From: Eledone cirrhosa
Taxonomy: Eukaryota
Direction: 5' to 3'
DNA: 64,000 nucleotides
Assembly: GCA_964016885.1 (NCBI GenBank)
Contig: OZ024749.1
Span: 15,934,001-15,998,000 of the forward strand
A program made the translations under genes and the position numbers. Shown piece after piece: positions 13,213 through 27,846 of the stretch. A model generated the notes under the pieces. That model made no database searches. It saw nothing but the letters and a program-made list of their open reading frames with translations, and was not told the origin of the DNA. The first letter of the stretch is position 1; the number at the start of each line of letters is the position of its first letter.

Positions 13213-13760
13213 TATTCCGGGTTGAATCGGAGGTAACCACAGTAAGTAAGGTACTCAATACATAGCAGAGTATAAAAGTTTTAATATAGATGAGATTCTA
13301 CAGGACTAGAACTGTTTCATTCATTAGAAATCATCAGGAATCTGGGTATCAAAAAATAAATATGGTATTTATAGGTCTCTACAAGTGGTAGGAGAGGGTG
13401 GGGAGTGGGATGGGTGCAGGTCATTGGTTGATAGAAAAGGGAATTCATTAAAAGCTAATTCTACAAAGCTATAGTTTATTTTTATTTATTTATGTTTTTA
13501 GAGTAACAAGGGCAGACAGAATTCTATAAACAGGTTCCGGATGGCATACCATTCCTTGTCAATAAGTTTCTCTTAAGCTAACAGATGTCTATAAAATCAG
13601 TGGGGGGTCAGTCATGGTCGATAGAATTAAAGAAAAGGGAGATTCTTTAAAAGCTAATATCATTAAGGTTCTACTAAGTGACAAAGGTCTAGAGAATTCT
13701 GCAGACAGATTCAAAATACTGAGTGCATATCTTACTATTATCTTCGAACTTCTCTTAAAC
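13211..13760 (-). mobile_element. Penelope-like pLTR-type fragment with hammerhead core
   Basis: Minus strand has CUGAUGA-uuucuaaugaau-GAAA near 13315-13337. The terminus is shared with 28685-28880 and 30072-30185. Confidence 0.5.
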
Positions 13761-13946
13761 TAATCAACTATATGCCAAAAATCAACAGACACATTCACAA
13801 AAAAAACAAAAACAAAAAAAAAACACATACTCACTCGCACACTTACGCGCAACCATAAACACACACACAAACACATATACACACATAAAAACACACACAC
13901 ATATATAAAAATATATTCATGTACACACACATACATACACACATAC

Positions 13947-13989
<43 letters not shown>

Positions 13990-14221
13990 TATATACACAT
14001 ATATACACACACACATATATATATATACACATATGGCTCTATTGATTTTTCCCTGGATTTCACAAAATTCTATGGATTAATCTATGTGTTGATTCTTTTT
14101 GAATTGAGTTTGAATTATTTTCCCACATCTTACGTTAACTATGTTTCCATTTTGACGTTATAGTCACTGATATATTATGAAATACTGCCGGCTTCACGCT
14201 CTCAATAATTTCTATACTTTA

Positions 14222-14261
<40 letters not shown>

Positions 14262-14297
14262 TATATATATTTATATACATATATATATATATATACA

Positions 14298-14336
<39 letters not shown>

Positions 14337-14485
14337 TGTTTTTTTTTAATATATATACAGTATATATATATATTTATATATATATATATTTTTATATATA
14401 TACAGTATATATATATTTTTTATATATATACAGTATATATATATATTTATTTTATATATATACAGTATATATATATATATATACA

Positions 14486-14562
<77 letters not shown>

Positions 14563-14664
14563 CATATATGTATTTTTTTTTTATTGCTGCGTGGAGCCGT
14601 CGTATATTTACAAACGTTTGCAACATACCAACTTTGAAACCGCAGATATAAACAATTTTAGACA

Positions 14665-17600
14665 GTGGTGTGGTGGTGTAGTGTGGTGTAGTGTTTTGTA
14701 GTATTGTATGTGCTGTGGTGTGGTGTAGTGTTGTATGTGCTGTGGTGTGGTGTAGTGTTGTATGTGCTGTGCTGTGGTGTAGTGTGTTGTACTGTGGTGT
14801 AGTGTGTTGTACTCTGGTGTGGTGTAGTCTTGTATGTGTTGTGGTGTGGTGTAGTGTGTTGTACTGTGGTGTGGTGTAGTGTGTTGTACTGTGGTGTGGT
14901 GTGGTGTAGTGTTGTATGTGCTGTGGTGTGGTGTAGTGTGTTGTACTGTGGTGTAGTGTGTTGTACTCTGGTGTGGTGTAGTGTTGTATGTGTTATGGTG
15001 TGGTGTAGTGTGTTGTACTGTGGTGTGGTGTAGTGTGTTGTACTGTGGTGTGGTGTAGTGTTGTATGTGCTGTGCTGTGGTGTAGTGTGTTGTACTGTGG
15101 TGTGGTGTAGTGTGTGTTGTATGTGCTGTGCTGTGGTGTAGTGTTGTATGTGCTGTGCTGTGGTGTAGTGTGTTGTACTGTGGTGTGGTGTAGTGTGTTG
15201 TATGTGCTGTGCTGTGGTGTAGTGTGTTGTATTGTGGTGTGGTGTAGTGTGTTGTACTGTGGTGTGGTGTAGTGTTGTATGTGCTGTGGTGTGGTGTAGT
15301 GTGTTGTATGTGCTGTGCTGTGGTGTAGTGTGTTGTACTGTGGTGTGGTGTAGTGTGTTGTACTGTGGTGTGGTGTAGTGTTGTATGTGCTGTAGTGTGG
15401 TGTAGTGTGTTGTATGTGCTGTGCTGTGGTGTAGTGTGTTGTATTGTGGTGTGGTGTAGTGTGTTGTACTGTGGTGTGGTGTAGTGTTGTATGTGCTGTG
15501 GTGTGGTGTAGTGTTGTATGTGCTGTGCTGTGGTGTAGTGTGTTGTACTGTGGTGTAGTGTAGTGTTGTATGTGCTGTGGTGTGGTGTAGTGTGTTGTAC
15601 TGTGGTGTGGTGTAGTGTGTTGTACTGTGGTGTGCTGTGGTGTAGTGTGTTGTATTGTGGTGTAGTGTTGTATGTGCTGTGCTGTGGTGTAGTGTGTTGT
15701 ACTGTGGTGTGGTGTAGTGTGTTGCACTGTGGTGTGGTGTAGTGTGTTGTACTGTGGTGTGGTGTAGTGTTGTATGTGCTGTGGTGTGGTGTAGTGTTGT
15801 ATGTACTGTGCTGTGGTGTAGTGTGTTGTACTGTGGTGTGGTGTAGTGTTGTATGTGCTGTGCTGTGGTGTAGTGTGTTGTACTGTGGTGTGGTGTAGTG
15901 TGTTGTACTGTGGTGTGGTGTAGTGTTGTACTGTGGTGTGGTGTAGTGTGTTGTACTGTGGTGTGGTGTAGTGTGTTGTACTGTGGTGTGGTGTAGTGTT
16001 GTATGTGCTGTGGTGTGGTGTAGTGTTGTACTGTGGTGTGGTGTAGTGTTGTATGTGCTGTGCTGTGGTGTAGTGTTGTATGTGCTGTGCTGTGGTGTAG
16101 TGTGTTGTACTGTGGTGTGGTGTAGTGTAGTGTATTGTACCGTGGTGTAGTGTGTTGTACTGTGCTGTGGTGTAGTGTGTTGTACTGTGCTGTGGTGTAG
16201 TGTTGTATGTGTTGTGCTGTAGTGTAGTGTGTTGTACTGTGGTGTGGTGTAGTGTGTTGTACTGTGGTGTGGTGTAGTGTTTATGTGCTGTGCTGTGGTG
16301 TAGTGTGTTGTACTGTGGTGTGGTGTAGTGTGTTGTACTGTGGTGTGGTGTACTGTTGTATGTGCTGTGCTGTGGTGTAGTGTGTTGTACTGTGGTGTGG
16401 TGTAGTGTTGTATGTGCTGTGGTGTGGTCTAGTGTTGTATGTGCTGTGGTGTGGTGTAGTGTTGTATGTGCTGTGCTGTGGTGTAGTGTGTTGTACTGTG
16501 GAGTGGTGTAGTGTTGTATGTGCTGTGCTGTGGTGTAGTGTGTTGTACTGTGGTGTGGTGTAGTGTGTTGTACTGTGGTGTGGTGTAGTGTTTTATGTGC
16601 TGTGCTGTGGTGTAGTGTTGTATGTACTGTGGTGTGGTGTAGTGTGTTGTACTGTTGTGTGGTGTAGTGTTGTATGTGCCGTGCTGTGGTGTAGTGTGTT
16701 GTACTGTGGTGTGGTGTAGTGTGTTGTACTGTGCTGTGGTGTAGTGTTGTATGTGCTGTGGTGTGGTGTAGTGTTGTGTTGTATGTGCTGTGCTGTGGTG
16801 TAGTGTGTTGTACTGTGGTGTAGTGTTGTATGTGCTGTGCTGTGGTGTAGTGTGTTGTACTGTGGTGTGGTGTAGTGTTGTATGTGCTGTGCTGTGGTGT
16901 AGTGTTGTATGTGCTGTGGTGTGGTGTAGTGTTGTATGTGCTGTGCTGTGGTGTAGTGTGTTGTACTGTGGTGTGGTGTAGTGTTGTATGTACTGTGCTG
17001 TGGTGTAGTGTTGTATGTGCTGTGCTGTGGTGTAGTGTGTTGTACTGTGGTGTGGCGTAGTGTGTTGTACTGTGGTGTGGTGTAGTGTTGTATGTGCTGT
17101 GGTGTGGTGTAGTGTTGTATGTGCTGTGCTGTGGTGTAGTGTATTGTACTGTGGTGTGGTGTAGTGTTGTATGTGCTGTGCTGTGGTGTAGTGTGTTGTA
17201 TGCGCTGTGGTGTAGTGTTGTATGTGCTGTGCTGTGGTGTAGTGTGTTGTACTGTGGTGTGGTGTAGTGCGTTGTACTGTGGTGTGGTGTAGTGTTGTAT
17301 GTGCTGTGCTGTGGTGTAGTGTGTTGTACTGTGGTGTGGTGTAGTGTAGTGTGTTGTACTGTAGCGTAGTGTGTTGTACTGTGCTGTGGTGTAGTGTTGT
17401 ATGTGCTGTGGTGTGGTGTAGTGTGTTGTACTGTGGTGTGGTGTAGTGTGTTGTACTGTGGTGTGGTGTAGTGTTGTATGTGCTGTGCTGTGGTGTAGTG
17501 TGTTGTACTGTGCTGTGGTGTAGTGTTGTATGTGTTGTGGTGTGGTGTGGTGTAGAGTGTTGTACTGCGGTGTAGTGTAGTGTGTTGTACTGTGGTGTGG

Positions 17601-18935
17601 TGTAGTGTTGTATGTGCTGTGGTGTGGTGTAGTGTGTTGTACTGTGGTGTGGTGTAGTGTTGTATGTGCTGTGCTGTGGTGTAGTGTTGTATGTGCTGTG
17701 GTGTGGTGTAGTGTGTTGTACTGTGGTGTGGTGTAGTGTTGTATGTGCTGTGCTGTGGTGTAGTGTTGTATGTGCTGTGGTGTGGTGTAGTGTGTTGTAC
17801 TGTGGTGTGGTGTAGTGTGTTGTACTGTGGTGTGGTGTAGTGTTGTATGTGCTGTGCTGTGGTGTAGTGTGTTGTACTGTGCTGTGGTGTAGTGTTGTAT
17901 GTGTTGTGGTGTGGTGTGGTGTAGAGTGTTGTACTGCGGTGTAGTGTAGTGTGTTGTACTGTGGTGTGGTGTAGTGTTGTATGTGCTGTGGTGTGGTGTA
18001 GTGTGTTGTACTGTGGTGTGGTGTAGTGTTGTATGTGCTCTGCTGTGGTGTAGTGTTGTATGTGCTGTGGTGTGGTGTAGTGTGTTGTACTGTGGTGTGG
18101 TGTAGTGTTGTATGTGCTGTGCTGTGGTGTAGTGTGTTGTACTGTGGTGTGGTGTAGTGTTGTATGTGCTGTGCTGTGGTGTAGTGTGTTGTACTGTGGT
18201 GTGGTGTAGTGTTGTATGTGCTGTGCTGTGGTGTAGTGTGTTGTATGCGCTGTGGTGTAGTATTGTATGTGCTGTGCTGTGGTGTAGTGTGTTGTACTGT
18301 GTTGTGGTGTAGTGTGTTGTACTGTGGTGTGGTGTAGTGTTGTATGTGCTGTGCTGTGGTGTAGTGTGTTGTACTGTGGTGTGGTGTAGTGTTGTATGTA
18401 CTGTGGTGTGGTGTAGTGTTGTAGGTGCTGTGCTGTGGTGTAGTGTTGTAGGTGCTGTGCTGTGGTGTAGTGTTGTATGTGCTGTGGTGTGGTGTAGTGT
18501 TGTATGTGCTGTGGTGTAGTGTGTTGTACTGTGGTGTGGTGTAGTGTGTTGTACTGTGGTGTGGTGTAGTGTTGTATGTGCTGTGCTGTGGTGTAGTGTT
18601 TTATGTACTGTGCTGTGGTGTAGTGTTGTATGTACTGTGCTGTGGTGTAGTGTTGTATGTACTGTGCTGTGGTGTAGTGTGTTGTACTGTGGTGTGGTGT
18701 AGTGTTGTATGTGCTGTGCTGTGGTGTAGTGTTGTATGTGCTGTGCTGTGGTGTAGTGTTGTATGTACTGTGCTGTGGTGTAGTGTTGTATGTACTGTGC
18801 TGTGGTGTAGTGTGTTGTACTGTGGTGTGGTGTAGTGTTGTATGTGCTGTGCTGTGGTGTAGTGTTGTATGTACTGTGCTGTGGTGTAGTGTTGTATGTA
18901 CTGTGCTGTGGTGTAGTGTTGTATGTACTGTGCTA
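14665..18935. repeat. 4.3-kb GT-rich satellite of interspersed 25- and 27-bp units
   Basis: Units ctgtg(g/c)tgtggtgtagtgtgttgta and ctgtg(g/c)tgtggtgtagtgttgtatgtg. The 1338-aa ORF is a by-product. Confidence 0.95.
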
Positions 18936-19199
18936 TGATGGCGGCTGTTGTCAAAACAGAAATCATAAGACAAATAAATAAGAAAATACAGGCAAAAGAA
19001 AACAGCCAACTCTCTTTTCCCGAAAGTTTTCAGTGATTATTAGAAGCCATAACACATCTCGATGAAAGCAGAGATTTTTGGCACTTCCTTATAGCTATAT
19101 AGTTATATGTTTAGTTGTAATGTTAGCTGAGTATAACGATAATACATACATGATTGCATAGAGAGGGCGAGAGGGAGGGAGATGGGAGGAGGAGGGGGA

Positions 19200-19416
19200 G
19201 GAGAAGAAGAAGAAGAAAAAGAAGAAGAAGAAGAAGAAGAAGAAGAAGAAGCAGAAGAAGAAGAAGAAGACGAAGAAAAAGAAGAAGAAAAAGAAGAAGA
19301 AAAAGAAGAAAAAGAAGAAGAAAAAGAAAAAGAAAAAGAAGAATAAGAAGAAGAAGAAGAAGAAGAAGAAAAAGAAGAAAAAGAAGAAAAAGAAGAAAAA
19401 GAAGAAGAAAAACAAA

Positions 19417-19450
<34 letters not shown>

Positions 19451-19465
19451 AGAAGAAGAAGAAGC
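19200..19465. repeat. (GAA)n/(GAAAAA) microsatellite
   Basis: Direct reading. Confidence 0.95.
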
Positions 19466-19578
19466 CAAATAAAAAGAAATGTTTGCAATGTTTTTCCGTT
19501 ATTTTAGAAATTTTGAAAGGATATCGTTAAAAAGATTTAAAAATAGGAAAGATTACACACAGAAGTGTACACACACAC

Positions 19579-19612
<34 letters not shown>

Positions 19613-19707
19613 GTGTATATATATATGTATATGTCCATGTTTGTATACCTATATACATATATACATATATCTACCCTGTCTGTGGTTTCGTATAAAATCA
19701 TACATGC

Positions 19708-19771
<64 letters not shown>

Positions 19772-20209
19772 GTATGTATATAAGTGAATGTATATATTAT
19801 ATATTATACAACCGCCATAACGGACATCGTCTCCATGGGATATTATGTAAATTTAAATTATATTAGCGCCTTGTTCTTATTCTTATATTATATACACTGA
19901 AACATACATCTATATATACATACATACCAATTCGTACACACACATACATACACGTATATATTACATACATACATGCATAAGTACGTACATACGTACATAC
20001 ACACATACATACATACATACATACATACATACATACATACATACATACATACATACATACATACATACATACATACACACACGCATACATACATACATAC
20101 ATACACATATACATACATACACACACACACGCACACATACATACATACATGCATACATACATACATACACAGACACACACACACACACATACATGCATAC
20201 ATACACACA

Positions 20210-20241
<32 letters not shown>

Positions 20242-20448
20242 AAGTTTATATATTTGCATCATCCTCACGTAGAAATTATGGGTGTTGAAATATCTATAGT
20301 GACATGCGGCGAGTGTATATAAATGTATCCACTCCATCTTTCTTTGAAACATGTATCTTTTCTCTTGTGTATATATCGGTTACAATTATACATGAGTTTA
20401 TCTGCATATAGATACATGTATATATATATTATATATATATATATATAG

Positions 20449-20568
<120 letters not shown>

Positions 20569-20869
20569 TATACATGTGTGTGTATGAGTTGTTTACAGCT
20601 TTAGTTAAAGGTATGTATATATACTTACTATTTAGAAGTATATATGGGTGTATGTTATGTTTATATGTGTGTGTATATATACATACATAAATTATCGTAA
20701 ACACATGTTTACACACGTGTAAATATTACAAATCAAATATTTGTTTTTAAATATACATACTCAAATTATCGCTTTTTCTTTCCCCCTCTCTTTATATCCA
20801 TCCACACATCCACACATCCATCCGTCCATACATACATATATTCATACAGACATTATACATACATAAATA

Positions 20870-20907
<38 letters not shown>

Positions 20908-21743
20908 TTTCCTCAATTTGCTTTCTGTGCATAGTTTCTTTTCTTCTTGACTAATATGATATATTTGGCATTTTTTCTACTTCTTCTCAGTCGCAGCACA
21001 TTGGCTTGAAGCAAAATTTACTTATTTGTCTGTTGTTCATATGTTACTGTCCATTTTGTACTGGAGCTAGTGGTCTCGATCTTGACTGATGAAAAGGGAC
21101 TGTTCTCTGTTTTGTCCGTTCTTCCATTCTATTTGCCCACCTTTTTTTATTCATTTTGGGACACCTTTTCAAATTGACACATACATACAAACATACATAT
21201 TCATATCTATGTGTGTATGTGTGTGTTTGTGTGTTTGTGTGTGTGTGAGTGTATATATATATATATATATATATATTGGTAAACGGAATAGAAAATGCTG
21301 ACAAATTGTTCACAGTTGAAAAATGGTTTAATTAGGAATAAAAGAGTATTAGTAATTGTATGGGTTAGTATTCAGTTGTGGTTTTAAGTTTTTAAGTTTT
21401 TACCGGTTGCGCATTTCTAAATGCTTTTCAAAAATAATTTTGAGATAGAGTGTCCGTGTTGTTTGCTCTGATATACATATATATATTCGTATGTATGTAT
21501 CAATTTGAAAAAGTGCCCTGCGTTCTTATATATACATATCTGAAATATAAGGCGAACTACACTTAAGTTAGAAAATATTTCACTGAAATAATATTGAAAC
21601 TGTAGAATCATTTCAATACTCGCCTTCTCTCTCATGAGACATTAGACTGTGTCTACCCAGTCTCATTTTACTGTGGCGCCATCTTTGATTGGACAACAGT
21701 TCTACGAACAATTTAAAAGAGAAAAGAAAATGTGTTTTCTTAC

Positions 21744-21926
21744 CTGAATTAAAGAAACTTTTGTAGAATGAATACGTCTGGTACTGAGATTTTTAATCTC
21801 GGCATAAATAGGGATAGCTTCCTTTAATGTATATCCCTTCCGTTCTAGTTTCATGGAAGCTGTGACGGTTCCAGCTATACAGCACCAAGATCCAACAGCT
21901 TCATATGTATCATTTTCCACTGGCAA
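21744..21926 (-). CDS. Alpha-arrestin gene, coding exon 4 (start of arrestin-C domain); the gene must continue downstream
   Basis: Acceptor ttttcag|, donor cag|gtaaga, 183 bp, phase 0-0. Encodes LPVENDTYEAVGSWCCIAGTVTASMKLERKGYTLKEAIPIYAEIKNLSTRRIHSTKVSLIQ (CC..G.V......R.GY...E.I.I.AEI.N.S motif). Confidence 0.93.
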
Positions 21927-21984
21927 CTGAAAAGATAGAACCAACAACACAGTCCTTAAACCGTAATATCCTCGAATGATTCAG

Positions 21985-22422
21985 CGGAAAATATCTGGAA
22001 AAAAGGGTTTGTTAATTAAAATGTTTCTAGTATCTGTACTAGAGGACAGATTGTTGTGAATATTTGCAGTAATAAAGATTTTAATTCTTAACATCCTGTA
22101 ATGATGTTAGGAAAAATATCTAAAGACGGGTATTTTTAAATACAAATGTTTGTAGTATCTTTACTAGGGGACAGATTATTGTGAATTTTTGCAGTAATAA
22201 AGATTTTAATTCTTAACATCCTATAATAATGTAGTCGGAAATATCTAAATACGGGCTTGTTAATTTAAATGTTTGTAGTATCTTTACAAGAGGACAGATT
22301 ATCGTGAATATTTGTAGTATTAGAGTAAAGATTTTAGGTCTTAACATTCGGTAATGTAATACTCTAGCGGAACATATTTGGAAAATGGGGTTTGTTAATT
22401 TAAATCTTTACTAGAGGACAGA
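21985..22422. repeat. Diverged ~123-bp tandem repeat, about 3.5 copies, just upstream of the exon 4 acceptor
   Basis: Recurring tagtatct.tactagaggacagatt..tgtgaatatttgcagtaataaagattttaattcttaacatcc. Confidence 0.8.
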
Positions 22423-22587
22423 CTCAGAGTTTAGAACTAGCTGTTGAAACGGCAAGAGCTCAGCCGTCGTGTTCCACCTTTTATCTTTCTAATATAATCA
22501 CACTCTACAACCATAAGAATCGAGTACTCAGTTGACTAATGGTCTAACCAGTTTCACACTGGTTGGTTCTATCCTGATTTATATGTG

Positions 22588-22779
<192 letters not shown>

Positions 22780-23584
22780 CTAAAGTATCCGTCCTTTCGA
22801 TATAGCTCATTAAACTAAACAAAGTAAATTTGAATACATAGAAGAAAAACGTAAATAAAGTAAAATCCGAATGAGCCGAATTGTAATAATCAAAATCCCA
22901 AAACAAAATGTTTGACAACATCAAAAATGAGTTCGTATTGTATTGAAGAAAGATAACTCTTGTCTTACTTAATCACGAAAATTTACACAAATAACCGAAA
23001 ATTTTTTAATGTCTCCAAAGGCCCAATACCGATTTTTGAAAGCCTTTGTAAATCATGTACAGGTTTTGTGCAAGGAGAAGCTCTGTAAAAAATTTCAAAT
23101 AAATCGCATGAATGGTTTAGAATATATGAGCACTCATTAAAAATTGTCCACACACACACACACACTCACAGAAAACTTCATCTTTATATATATACAGATA
23201 TGAGTGTGTGGGGTGCTTGTGTGTGTGTAAACAGACCATTTACACAAGATTCCACGGAGTAAGAATGAACCAGGGGTTTTAAAAGCTTGTAAAATGAACT
23301 CATTAGCCAGCAGGACATTCCTACGTCTGTCGAGGGGGGGGGGGGGGGTACTGCTATCGTTCCACATCCATTTGATCCATGTTTGCCTGGGTTGGATGAC
23401 AAAGCCCAGACCTTTCATTAATACTGTGTAGTTCTAATTATTTAATTAATTAATTAGGAAAAGTAGAAGTAAATGAATAAGTTAATTAGAAGTATTTGAA
23501 ATACTGCAGCACAATATGGCCGTCTTCATTGACGCTCAAATGTGATGAGGTTTATATATGGCGAGAAAATCTGGCTAAACAGGT

Positions 23585-23730
23585 GTGTGGCAGTAGGTAA
23601 GGGAGAGAGTGTGGCAGTAGTGAGGGAGGGAGTGTGGCAGAAGTGAGGGAGAGAGTGTGGCAGTAGTGAGGGAGGGAGTGTGGCAGAAGTGAGGGAGAGA
23701 ATATGGCAGAAGTGAGGGAGGGAGTGTGGC
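23585..23730. repeat. ~23-bp G-rich minisatellite (gagtgtggcag[t/a]agtgaggga..)
   Basis: About 6 tandem copies. Confidence 0.8.
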
Positions 23731-23743
23731 TGATTTATATATA

Positions 23744-23835
<92 letters not shown>

Positions 23836-23966
23836 GGGAGAGTGTAGGAGAGTTGATGAGGAAGAGGACTACATTAATGATGACGCAAATTGTGAAGAAA
23901 ACCAAAGTCAGTAGGTAAAACATCTGCTGTCAATCTGGATAGAAATAACATCTAAAATATGGCGGG

Positions 23967-24049
<83 letters not shown>

Positions 24050-24147
24050 GTGTGTGGGTGTGTGTATTATATATATATATAAAAACACACATATATGTAT
24101 AAATTCATAAAAGTCAGCAAGATAAATTTATAAGAATTAACTGTACT

Positions 24148-24214
<67 letters not shown>

Positions 24215-24215
24215 T

Positions 24216-24264
<49 letters not shown>

Positions 24265-24265
24265 T

Positions 24266-24314
<49 letters not shown>

Positions 24315-24317
24315 TTA

Positions 24318-24350
<33 letters not shown>

Positions 24351-24702
24351 TTAAAACAAGAGTAATAAGTTGAGAGATGAACTAGGTTGAGATATGCGAA
24401 GATGTTTTCTCAACGTGTTACAATCCACAGATATATTGAATCAATTCATCTGCGATGTAGTCCACAGAGTAAAGAATCTAAACATTGTACAACTGTAAAG
24501 GTTACAGAGCATTAATAATAATATCTAATAATACAACCCCATGGTGGGATTATTAGATATTTTGACAGAGTTTATTACTTTTTATTAATCTAATTCGTAA
24601 TATTAGACTAATAAATTATTAGAAATTCTGTCTCAACACTAAGTAATGGTTTCTGATATTGGCCCAAGGCCAAGTCTAAACGCTTAATAATAATCAAAAT
24701 AA

Positions 24703-25035
24703 TTGTTTCTACTTTAGGCACAAGGCCAGCAATTTGGGGAGAAGGGAAAGTCGATAAAATCGACCCCAGTGAGTTACTGGTACTTTATTTTATCGACCCC
24801 GTAAGTATGAAGCCAAAGCTAGCCTTGGCAGGATTTGAACTCAGAACGTAAAAGGCCATAATTCTACCGATACTGCCAATCCACCGCCCTTAAACAATAA
24901 TAATAATAATGGTTTATGAATTAAGCACAAGGCCAGCCATTTGAAGGGAGAGGGAAAGCCAATTAAATCGACCCAAGTAAGTTACTGGTACTTTTATATC
25001 AATCCCGTAAATATGAAAAGGAAAGTTGACCTTTG
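24703..25035 (-). mobile_element. Two adjacent tRNA-derived SINE copies
   Basis: Reverse complement of the family consensus (box A tggcagtatcggtag, box B gagttcaaatcc), separated by (AAT)n. Confidence 0.8.
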
Positions 25036-25092
25036 AGAGAGGTAGAGAGAGAGAGAGATGTGTGTGGACAGGTGTATTGAGTGGCAACAGTG

Positions 25093-25137
<45 letters not shown>

Positions 25138-25183
25138 CGGCGGAGATGATAACGAGTGCTAGAGTAATGATGAAGATGTAAAT

Positions 25184-26199
25184 CAGAGGTTCTCAAACTT
25201 TTCGCCTCCCCCTTCCCCTCACGGCCACATAATACCCTCAGCCCCTCCCCCATTTACAGAAAGACCTGCCTACTCGTAAATAATATATAATAAATAAAAT
25301 CGTTCGTTTATATATAATAAATAATATAATATATACTACGTATAAATAAATATTATATATTCTTTATATTACTATACTTATATATACGAGGGTAATCCCA
25401 AAAGTAAGGTCTCCAAAGCGATGGGGACGCAGAGAAACTGTTCGTACGGCTGTTAGCAACACTGAGGTGATTGGTGCTTCCTTCACTCCCAAAACAAGCA
25501 TGTGCGCGCTTCGCTGGGGTGCTCAATCTTGGCTTGGCAGCTGTTGAGAATGGAGCTCCCGTTGAACGTTACCGCCAAGTGCGAATTTCGCGCAGTTATT
25601 ATATACGAGGGCAATCCCAAAAGTAAGGTCTCCTTCCGAGGAAAACATGCGTAAAGATCAGCGGATCACTCTGGATGCTCTCTGCATTTTGGTTCCTGAG
25701 ATTTCCCGAAGCACCATCCACAGGATTTTAACGGAAAAGTTGCAATATCGGAAGGAGACCTTACTTTTCGGATTGCCCTCGTATATATGTATCATTTGAT
25801 ATTTAATATACTATTATTTCATCTCTAGCACCCCCATCCCCGTTCCCTGGGATTTAAAGTTACTACAGTTATTTCTAGTTGGGAGTCATAAGACAAGCAT
25901 TCATATGAATCGCTACCTCTTTGCGGACAACTGACGCTGCACACCAGGTCCCAACACCAGAAGAGCCGAATTCCCACTGTCATCGCTTCCATCTCTCTCG
26001 CTCTCCCCATCTCTCTGTGTTATGAGCAAATGGAGTTTCACGTGTTGGCCGCCCCACAGCCCCGGCGGCGCGGACAGAATCAAGAAGGCGTGAAGGCGTT
26101 TCCCCCCGGAGGGATGGTTTGGAGGGAGATACGCAGGCCCCAGCGCCCCTGCTCCCGGGGGGGGGGGGGGTTCGGTAGCTGCCACTTTGAGAACCTCTC
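25184..26199. mobile_element. hAT (Charlie-like) non-autonomous element hosting a nested mariner MITE
   Basis: TIRs cagaggttctcaaact / ctttgagaacctctc and 8-bp TSD-like flanks atgtaaat / gtgtaaat. Confidence 0.7.
25385..25783 (+). mobile_element. Mariner-derived non-autonomous element with three TIR copies
   Basis: TIR tacgagggtaatcccaaaagtaaggtctcc at 25385 and 25604, inverted at the 25783 end, TA termini. Internal remnants resemble a mariner transposase N-terminus and HTH (KCEFRAVI; RITLDAL...ISRSTIHRILTEKLQYRK). Confidence 0.85.
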
Positions 26200-26274
26200 G
26201 TGTAAATTGTGTAAAAAAAAAAAAAATGTGAAGTCTATAAAATGAGAAAGAAAGTAAGAAGTTGTTTAACTCAC

Positions 26275-26498
26275 AGCAGCGTCTGGTTCTGAGTTTAAAT
26301 CCAGAGCACTTATCACAGCAAACTTGCTCTTCCTCTCGTGATGAGGCCCATCAGGTGTATAGATGGTCATCCTAGCGAAATAACGTAGTCGACCATGTTT
26401 ACTCTTGAATGATGATGGTAATCGTTGCGGAAGATTGAACTCAAAAGGGAAATAGTAGGAACCTGGGTGTAACAGAGCTTCATCCACTTCCTTCTCAC
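26275..26498 (-). CDS. Alpha-arrestin gene, coding exon 3
   Basis: Acceptor ttttattcag|, donor gct|gtgagt, 224 bp, phase 1-0. Encodes LHPGSYYFPFEFNLPQRLPSSFKSKHGRLRY...DLN, the hallmark L.PG...FPF.F.LP..LPSSF...HG..RY motif of alpha-arrestins. Confidence 0.95.
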
Positions 26499-26686
26499 CT
26501 GAATAAAATAAACATAAACACAAACACTGGATAAATACGGCTAACACTGTCAATGGAGAAACAGCTTTTGATAAAATACAGACATATTTTGCTTAGATAG
26601 TTTAAACACACACACACACACACGCACACACACACACACACACGCACACTCATACACACGCACACTCATACACACACACACGCACA

Positions 26687-26757
<71 letters not shown>

Positions 26758-26903
26758 ATACACACATAGATGTGCGTGTGTGAGTGTTTATGCTCGCGCG
26801 TGTGTATGTGTATGTATATATGTGTAGTTGTATATGTGTTTCTACGTATGTATCTATCTGCGTATGGATGTATGTATATCCTGTATGTATATATATGAAT
26901 GTA

Positions 26904-26954
<51 letters not shown>

Positions 26955-26963
26955 ATCTATGTA

Positions 26964-27001
<38 letters not shown>

Positions 27002-27035
27002 AGTACATTCATATACATATATATATATATATATG

Positions 27036-27708
27036 TTGGCTGCCAACTCGTTTTCGAGTACGGCCACTACTTTATATCCATGTAGGAGAACCCCTACATA
27101 CTAACAGCTAAAAGGGAAAAAACTAAAGATAAGAAATAACGCCTAATAGTAACTAAGGAAATAGATCTACAGATAAAAAAAGATTAACACTACCGAACCC
27201 CCGTACCCTCCTCGCGATGCGCTGAACGAATGTGACTTTTTAGTCCAGCCAGCGACTTGAAAACTGTGGTACAAACACTACACTTGAGACAATTATTGAC
27301 ACATAGTGCTGGGCCCATGGTACCATGTGACGACAAGTGCAGAGAGATCTCCAGATATAAAGCAATGCCTCTGCCGTGAAGCTTTTATAGTGAGCAAAGG
27401 CACTGCACAAAGCCCTTCCCACTCTCTTAACCAAGATGATATTTACCAAAAAGAAGAACAAGTCAACATCATTGAATACCATCAGGGTTGCAGGTGTTAT
27501 ATCAGAGTTTTCCTTCTCCTAGAATTCTGCCTTGACAAAGGCTAAGGGGTCATCTCTCCCGGTGATTTTGGATGGCCATTGACTCTTAAGAGCTCCTTTT
27601 CCCTTTGACAGATTTTGTTTTTAGTCCTGCAGGATGACCAAAGTCACCCTCCTCACCAAGAAACCTTGGTGGGGTTGCCAGTTTAGTCGCCAACGACCCG
27701 ACCATGAG
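27036..27708. mobile_element. Interspersed repeat, longer copy of the 4066-4456 family
   Basis: Shares tggctgccaactcgttttcgagta...gagttttccttctcctagaattctgccttgac and ends in an (ACAT)-rich tail. Confidence 0.6.
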
Positions 27709-27846
27709 ACATACATACATACGAACATACAAGATATGTATGTATGTGTGTATGTATATATAGTATATATATATAAATGTACTTACAGGATATGTACGTA
27801 TGTATGTACGTGTATATATATATATATATATATATATAAATATACA

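Noticed and set aside
14993-19009. 1338-aa His/Thr/Tyr-rich ORF
   Set aside because: It is the translation of a 25/27-bp satellite whose minus strand lacks stop codons; frames shift between units and there is no domain or splice support.
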